NCBI GenBank assembly: GCA_051532055.1
Contig: JAOPTX010000011.1
Coordinates: 1 to 10,736 of the forward strand
Reading direction: 5' to 3'
Length of the DNA stretch: 10,736 nt
DNA from: Fibrobacterales bacterium
GTDB taxonomy: Bacteria > Fibrobacterota > Fibrobacteria > Fibrobacterales > JAOPTW01
Of this stretch, positions 6,748 through 10,736 are shown piece by piece. Below the pieces are notes generated by a model. It was given only the letters and a program-made list of their open reading frames with translations, was not told the DNA's origin and made no database searches. How positions within the stretch are numbered: position 1 is the stretch's first letter; each line of letters opens with the position of its first letter. The position numbers and the translations under genes were made by a program.

Positions 6748-9104
6748 ACATCAGGAATCTAATCTATCTCCTTCTCGGCGCGAGTATGTGGGTCTACTGT
6801 AGTCCAAAAACCCTCCGTGTTGGGGTTATAAGTGAAATATCCTTAGAAGGGAAGGTTGGCATGATGCTCAAAACCCTTAAGGGAGATATGGATAAGCTCC
6901 TTGGGGGTAGCGTTTTGGTTGATATGCGTGAGTTTATGCATATAGCGCCCAATAGTTCTCAACAGACCATACAGGACTCACTCGGACGTATCTACCCTAA
7001 GATTGATGTGCTTCTTGCAGCTGGCCCCAGTGTGGTACGGGTTTTGGGATCACGCTCTCTACATATAAAACCGACGATTGCCCTCGGTATATTTGATTCA
7101 GAGCTTCAGAATCTACCCATAACAGCTGAGAAAAGTTCAGGATTGGAGAACTTCACCTATATACCCGTATACCAGTCGTTTAAAGATCAACTACGAGAAG
7201 CGCATACCGTATTCCCATTCAAACACCTCTCCGTACTATTTGCACCAACGGAACGAGCTCTTTTTTCAAATAAAGAGTTTCTCACCAAATTATCACGTGA
7301 TACAGATGTTACTCTTACCCTGCAAGAGGTACCTGAGCCTTCAAATATAGCGGCATTCAAAAAGGGAACTGATGCGGTTTTTGTTGTTTCGCCTGTAGGA
7401 GGCAAACTACTGGGACCATCTACCTGGACTTCATTAGTGGCTCAATCTATAAATAATCAAAAAATACCTTCATTCTCCTCTACACGCGACGGTGTCGAAT
7501 TAGGACTCATGGCAAGTTTTTCGAATACACGGAGCTTAACGATATTTTCACGAAAGATAGCGCTGTTAGTCGAAGATATCGTTAGTGGTGTATCGCTCAA
7601 AGACAATGCCGTTTCTATAATCCCTCAAGATCAGGCATATATCAATCTCAATACCTGTAGGAGGATAGGATTTTATCCGTCCTTTGAATTAATGTATAAA
7701 TCGGTACTCTATGAGAATAAGAGTAGCATGGGGAGTTGGAGTATTGAAAAGATTCTCGACTTGTTCTACCAAAAGAATATTGCGATTCAATCAGCTGCAA
7801 TTAAGAGTACTATTGCAGATAAAGAGGTGCAACAGGCTATTGGGAATTATTTACCACACGTTGAGGCCAGTGTTAGTGGGGTTCAGATCAATGAAGAACG
7901 TGCAGGGGCTTTTGCGGTAGAGAAAACTCTGACGGGTTCACTCTCTTTGACACAAGTACTCTATTCAGATAAAATTATTGCAGGTATTACTATTAACCAG
8001 TGGTTGGCAGATGCTCAAAAAGAGACAGAAAAAAGGGAACGACTCGATGCCGTGTACTCACTGATGCAATCATATTTTGGCGTGTTAAAAGCGCAGGTTT
8101 TGGTTGAAATAAAGTCGCGAAATATTGCAGCGTCTAAGCAGAATCTTGAGCTAGCACGCACTAAGGCGAGCCTGGGCGAATCGGGAATGGGAGACGTCTA
8201 CCGGTATGAGAGCCAGGTTGCGAATGACTTACAATCTATTGTTTCGGCTAAGACTCAAGAAAAGTCTACGGTATTGCGGTTAGCCCAAATACTTAACCTT
8301 AATGAAGTTGAGACAGAAGAGTTGCAGCGGAGTACCTTTGTCAAGAGTGATACCAGCCTGTTCTCAATGGACACTCTCCAAGAGTTTGTCAAAAACCCAC
8401 AGCAGTTGAAGGCGTTTACCGATTTTCTCATTATAGAGAGTCACAAAAATACGCCGGTGATGAGCGAACTGAATTACACAACAAAAGCTCTTGAACGACA
8501 GCATACTATGCAGACTCGCTCTCTATGGGTGCCAACAGTTGCACTGCAAACCAAATTTGATAGAGTCTTGGCTCGTTCTGGCGAAGGGAGTACCCCAACG
8601 TCTTTTATCCCTGGAGTGCCTGCGTCTGACTTTGAAGACAATAGTTGGAGTGTTGGCGTTGGGATAACTCTCCCGCTTTTTGAAGGCACAAAGAGCTATA
8701 CTGCTCAGGTGCAAACAGCTGCACAGTTGAAAGACCTCGCACTGCAAAAGCAACATATTAAAAATAAACTTTCACTCTCAATACGCACTGGAGTAATGGA
8801 TATGGTTGAATCATCAACTGCTAAGATCTATTCAAAAATTGCAGTAGAGAATGCAGAGAAGAGTTTTGCGATTGTACAAGACCTCTACAAGAAAGGGGTT
8901 GCATCGGTGATACAGTTGTTGGATGGCCAAAAAGCACTCGAGCAATCTATGCTTGCACAGCAAAATGCACAGTATGATTATCTACTCTCATTTTTACAGT
9001 TAGAGTATCGCATGGGAACCTTTTATAGTATGAAGAAACCCTCAGAGCGGTTGGTATTTATAAAACGAGCACAAGAGTATGTGCATAATATGGAGAATCA
9101 GTAA
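6744..9104 (+). CDS. TolC-family outer-membrane efflux protein with N-terminal ABC-type substrate-binding (ABC_sub_bind-like) domain
   Basis: The N-terminal ~325 aa contain IDVLLAAGPS, KPTIALG, KIPSFSSTRDGVELGLMASF and YINLNTCRRIGF, which are type I periplasmic-binding-fold motifs. From ~7735 onward it is TolC/OEP: GNYLPHVEASVS, SLSLTQVLYS, QSYFGVLKAQ, WSVGVGITLPLFEG, YKKGVASVIQLLDGQ. Confidence 0.88.
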   Translation: MNIRNLIYLLLGASMWVYCSPKTLRVGVISEISLEGKVGMMLKTLKGDMDKLLGGSVLVDMREFMHIAPNSSQQTIQDSLGRIYPKIDVLLAAGPSVVRVLGSRSLHIKPTIALGIFDSELQNLPITAEKSSGLENFTYIPVYQSFKDQLREAHTVFPFKHLSVLFAPTERALFSNKEFLTKLSRDTDVTLTLQEVPEPSNIAAFKKGTDAVFVVSPVGGKLLGPSTWTSLVAQSINNQKIPSFSSTRDGVELGLMASFSNTRSLTIFSRKIALLVEDIVSGVSLKDNAVSIIPQDQAYINLNTCRRIGFYPSFELMYKSVLYENKSSMGSWSIEKILDLFYQKNIAIQSAAIKSTIADKEVQQAIGNYLPHVEASVSGVQINEERAGAFAVEKTLTGSLSLTQVLYSDKIIAGITINQWLADAQKETEKRERLDAVYSLMQSYFGVLKAQVLVEIKSRNIAASKQNLELARTKASLGESGMGDVYRYESQVANDLQSIVSAKTQEKSTVLRLAQILNLNEVETEELQRSTFVKSDTSLFSMDTLQEFVKNPQQLKAFTDFLIIESHKNTPVMSELNYTTKALERQHTMQTRSLWVPTVALQTKFDRVLARSGEGSTPTSFIPGVPASDFEDNSWSVGVGITLPLFEGTKSYTAQVQTAAQLKDLALQKQHIKNKLSLSIRTGVMDMVESSTAKIYSKIAVENAEKSFAIVQDLYKKGVASVIQLLDGQKALEQSMLAQQNAQYDYLLSFLQLEYRMGTFYSMKKPSERLVFIKRAQEYVHNMENQ

Positions 9105-10198
9105 TGAAACATCTATACGGAGTAGCATTGGTTATCGGAAGTATTCTTCTGTTTTCGTGTTCAGATGACGACCAGAAAAAAGTGTCACAAAATCCACGGC
9201 CAGTTAAATATGATACCATAAAGCGCGTAGGGGGGCAGCAGCAGAAAACCTTTTCGGGGATGACCCATTCTGCCGAAGAGGCAAAAGTAAGTTTTCGCAG
9301 TTCTGGTCAACTGAGAACCCTTTCGGTAAAGGTTGGTCAAAAAGTACGCAAGAACGCAGTACTCGCAACCCTTGATAATAACGATGCTACGCTGAGCTAT
9401 GAAAAAGCAAAGGCTGCCCTTAGCAGTGCAGAAGCGCAAAAAAGTACTGCGTCATCGAGCTTACAGCGTACTAAAAAACTGTATAGAAATAACAATGTGG
9501 CACTTTCGGAATATGAGCGCGCTAAGAATAGCTATGCAAATGCTGTAGCACAGTATGAAAGTACTCTTAAAACATTGCGGTTACAAGAACGTCAGCTCAA
9601 CTATACTCGGTTGAAGGCCCCTCAGGCAGGTATCATCACAGGAGTTGCAATAGCTGAAGGTGAATTTGTACAAGCGGGTAAACCTGCTATTACTCTCAGC
9701 TCAGGTAAAGAGATGGAGATTTCTGCAGGGGTTTCAGAACAATTCATCAGTAATATTACACAGAATGACACCGCATCAATCTCGTTTAATGCGATACCTG
9801 ATAAGAGTTTTTATGGAGTAGTGACCGAGGTTTCCTTTTCAAAAGAGGCACAAAAGGGTCTGTACCCAGTGATTATTAAAGTATTAGAGCCACTTATTAC
9901 TATTCGTCCGGGTATGAGTGCTTCGGTTACGTTTAATTTTAGTGATGTAACGCGAAAAGAGATATTGTGGGCACCCATAGCGGCCGTAGGGTCAGACCCC
10001 ACTGGTATGTTTATCTTTACTTTGCAAGCAACGGGGACCAAGGGGGTCTATGCGGTTAAGCGTCAACCGATAAAAACGGGAACGCTCAGTACTACGGGAT
10101 ACGAAATTTTGAGTGGCGGAGATGAAGGTGACCTTATTGCTACTGCGGGTTTGAAGACACTCTATGATGGTATGACTGTAACCTTATTAGAGAATTAG
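9104..10198 (+). CDS. RND efflux periplasmic adaptor (membrane fusion protein), lipoprotein
   Basis: Lipobox LFSC; VSFRSSGQLRTLSVKVGQKVRKNAVLATLD, an alpha-hairpin, YTRLKAPQAGII and IRPGMSASVTF. TAATG overlap with the upstream stop. Confidence 0.95.
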   Translation: MKHLYGVALVIGSILLFSCSDDDQKKVSQNPRPVKYDTIKRVGGQQQKTFSGMTHSAEEAKVSFRSSGQLRTLSVKVGQKVRKNAVLATLDNNDATLSYEKAKAALSSAEAQKSTASSSLQRTKKLYRNNNVALSEYERAKNSYANAVAQYESTLKTLRLQERQLNYTRLKAPQAGIITGVAIAEGEFVQAGKPAITLSSGKEMEISAGVSEQFISNITQNDTASISFNAIPDKSFYGVVTEVSFSKEAQKGLYPVIIKVLEPLITIRPGMSASVTFNFSDVTRKEILWAPIAAVGSDPTGMFIFTLQATGTKGVYAVKRQPIKTGTLSTTGYEILSGGDEGDLIATAGLKTLYDGMTVTLLEN

Positions 10199-10201
10199 TG
10201 T

Positions 10202-10736
10202 ATGACTATTACAAAATATGTACTCGATAAAAGCAGGGTTACTCTTGTAACCCTGACTGCTCTCATTATTCTCGGTATAGTTTCGTATAAAAATATGGCG
10301 CGAGAAGATATGCCTCCGTTTACTATTCGAGTGGCAAGTGCGGTAACCAGTTTTCCAGGGGCGAGTCCAGAGCGAGTGGAATCGATGGTTACTGAAGTTA
10401 TTGAAAAGGAACTGCAATCCATTCCCGAAATTAAGTCTATTACGAGCGAATCCCGCACAGGACTTTCTATAGTAAAAATAAAACTCAAACAGGATGTCCA
10501 GGAACTCCAGCCAATTTGGGATAAGGTACGGAGAAAAATAAACAGTGTGACCTTTGCCGAAGGAGTTAAAAAAACCAATTTAAAAGACGAAGGGGTGGGA
10601 GATGTGTATGGCATTGTACTTGCTCTCGAATCAGATGGTTTTTCTACCATAGAGTTACATGAATATGCAGAAGAGTTAGAGCAAGATATTATACGAATCC
10701 CTGATGCTGCAAGTGTGAGAATACAAGGGGTTCAGC
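10202..10736 (+). CDS. AcrB/AcrD/AcrF-family RND permease, N-terminal part (runs off window)
   Basis: ATG 3 nt after the adaptor stop, open to the edge: MTITKYVLDKSRVTLVTLTALIILGIVSYKNMAREDMPPFTIRVASAVTSFPGASPERVESMVTEVIEKELQSIPEIKSITSESRTGLSIV..QPIWDKVRRKI..GDVYGI. Not in the ORF track. Confidence 0.95.
   Translation, partial: MTITKYVLDKSRVTLVTLTALIILGIVSYKNMAREDMPPFTIRVASAVTSFPGASPERVESMVTEVIEKELQSIPEIKSITSESRTGLSIVKIKLKQDVQELQPIWDKVRRKINSVTFAEGVKKTNLKDEGVGDVYGIVLALESDGFSTIELHEYAEELEQDIIRIPDAASVRIQGVQ

Noticed and set aside
7187..10650. Short alternative-frame and antisense ORFs within the efflux genes, including 10195..10650 (-)
   Set aside because: They are fully overlapped by well-supported TolC, adaptor and RND frames.
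1..10736. CRISPR array, tRNA/rRNA, intact IS element or integrase
   Set aside because: No regularly spaced repeat-spacer units, RNA gene signatures or intact transposase/integrase frame were seen.

Overview
AT-rich bacterial (diderm) accessory region; standard genetic code, with TGA used as a stop. Left: three predicted surface lipoproteins. These are a clan GH-A (GH5/GH39-like) glycoside hydrolase on a long Ser-rich stalk (minus strand, runs off the left edge, absent from the ORF track), a lipoprotein with three MABP-type beta-prism repeats, and an Ig-like + DUF1565/right-handed beta-helix protein. The spacers hold gene relics: one beta-propeller blade (2978-3112), an Rpn-type PD-(D/E)XK nuclease pseudogene with a nonsense codon and an apparent microhomology-bounded deletion (4991-5472), and a headless DUF2147-like C-terminus (5543-5722). 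There is also a small GC-rich structured element (4891-4978). Right: a tightly coupled operon behind a good sigma70-type promoter, encoding a DUF6268-like outer-membrane beta-barrel, a TolC fused to an N-terminal ABC-type substrate-binding domain, a membrane fusion protein, and an AcrB-family RND permease cut by the right edge. The best candidates for under-described biology are the binding-protein::TolC efflux operon and the stand-alone MABP lipoprotein. All family calls come from motif recognition by eye, not from database searches.
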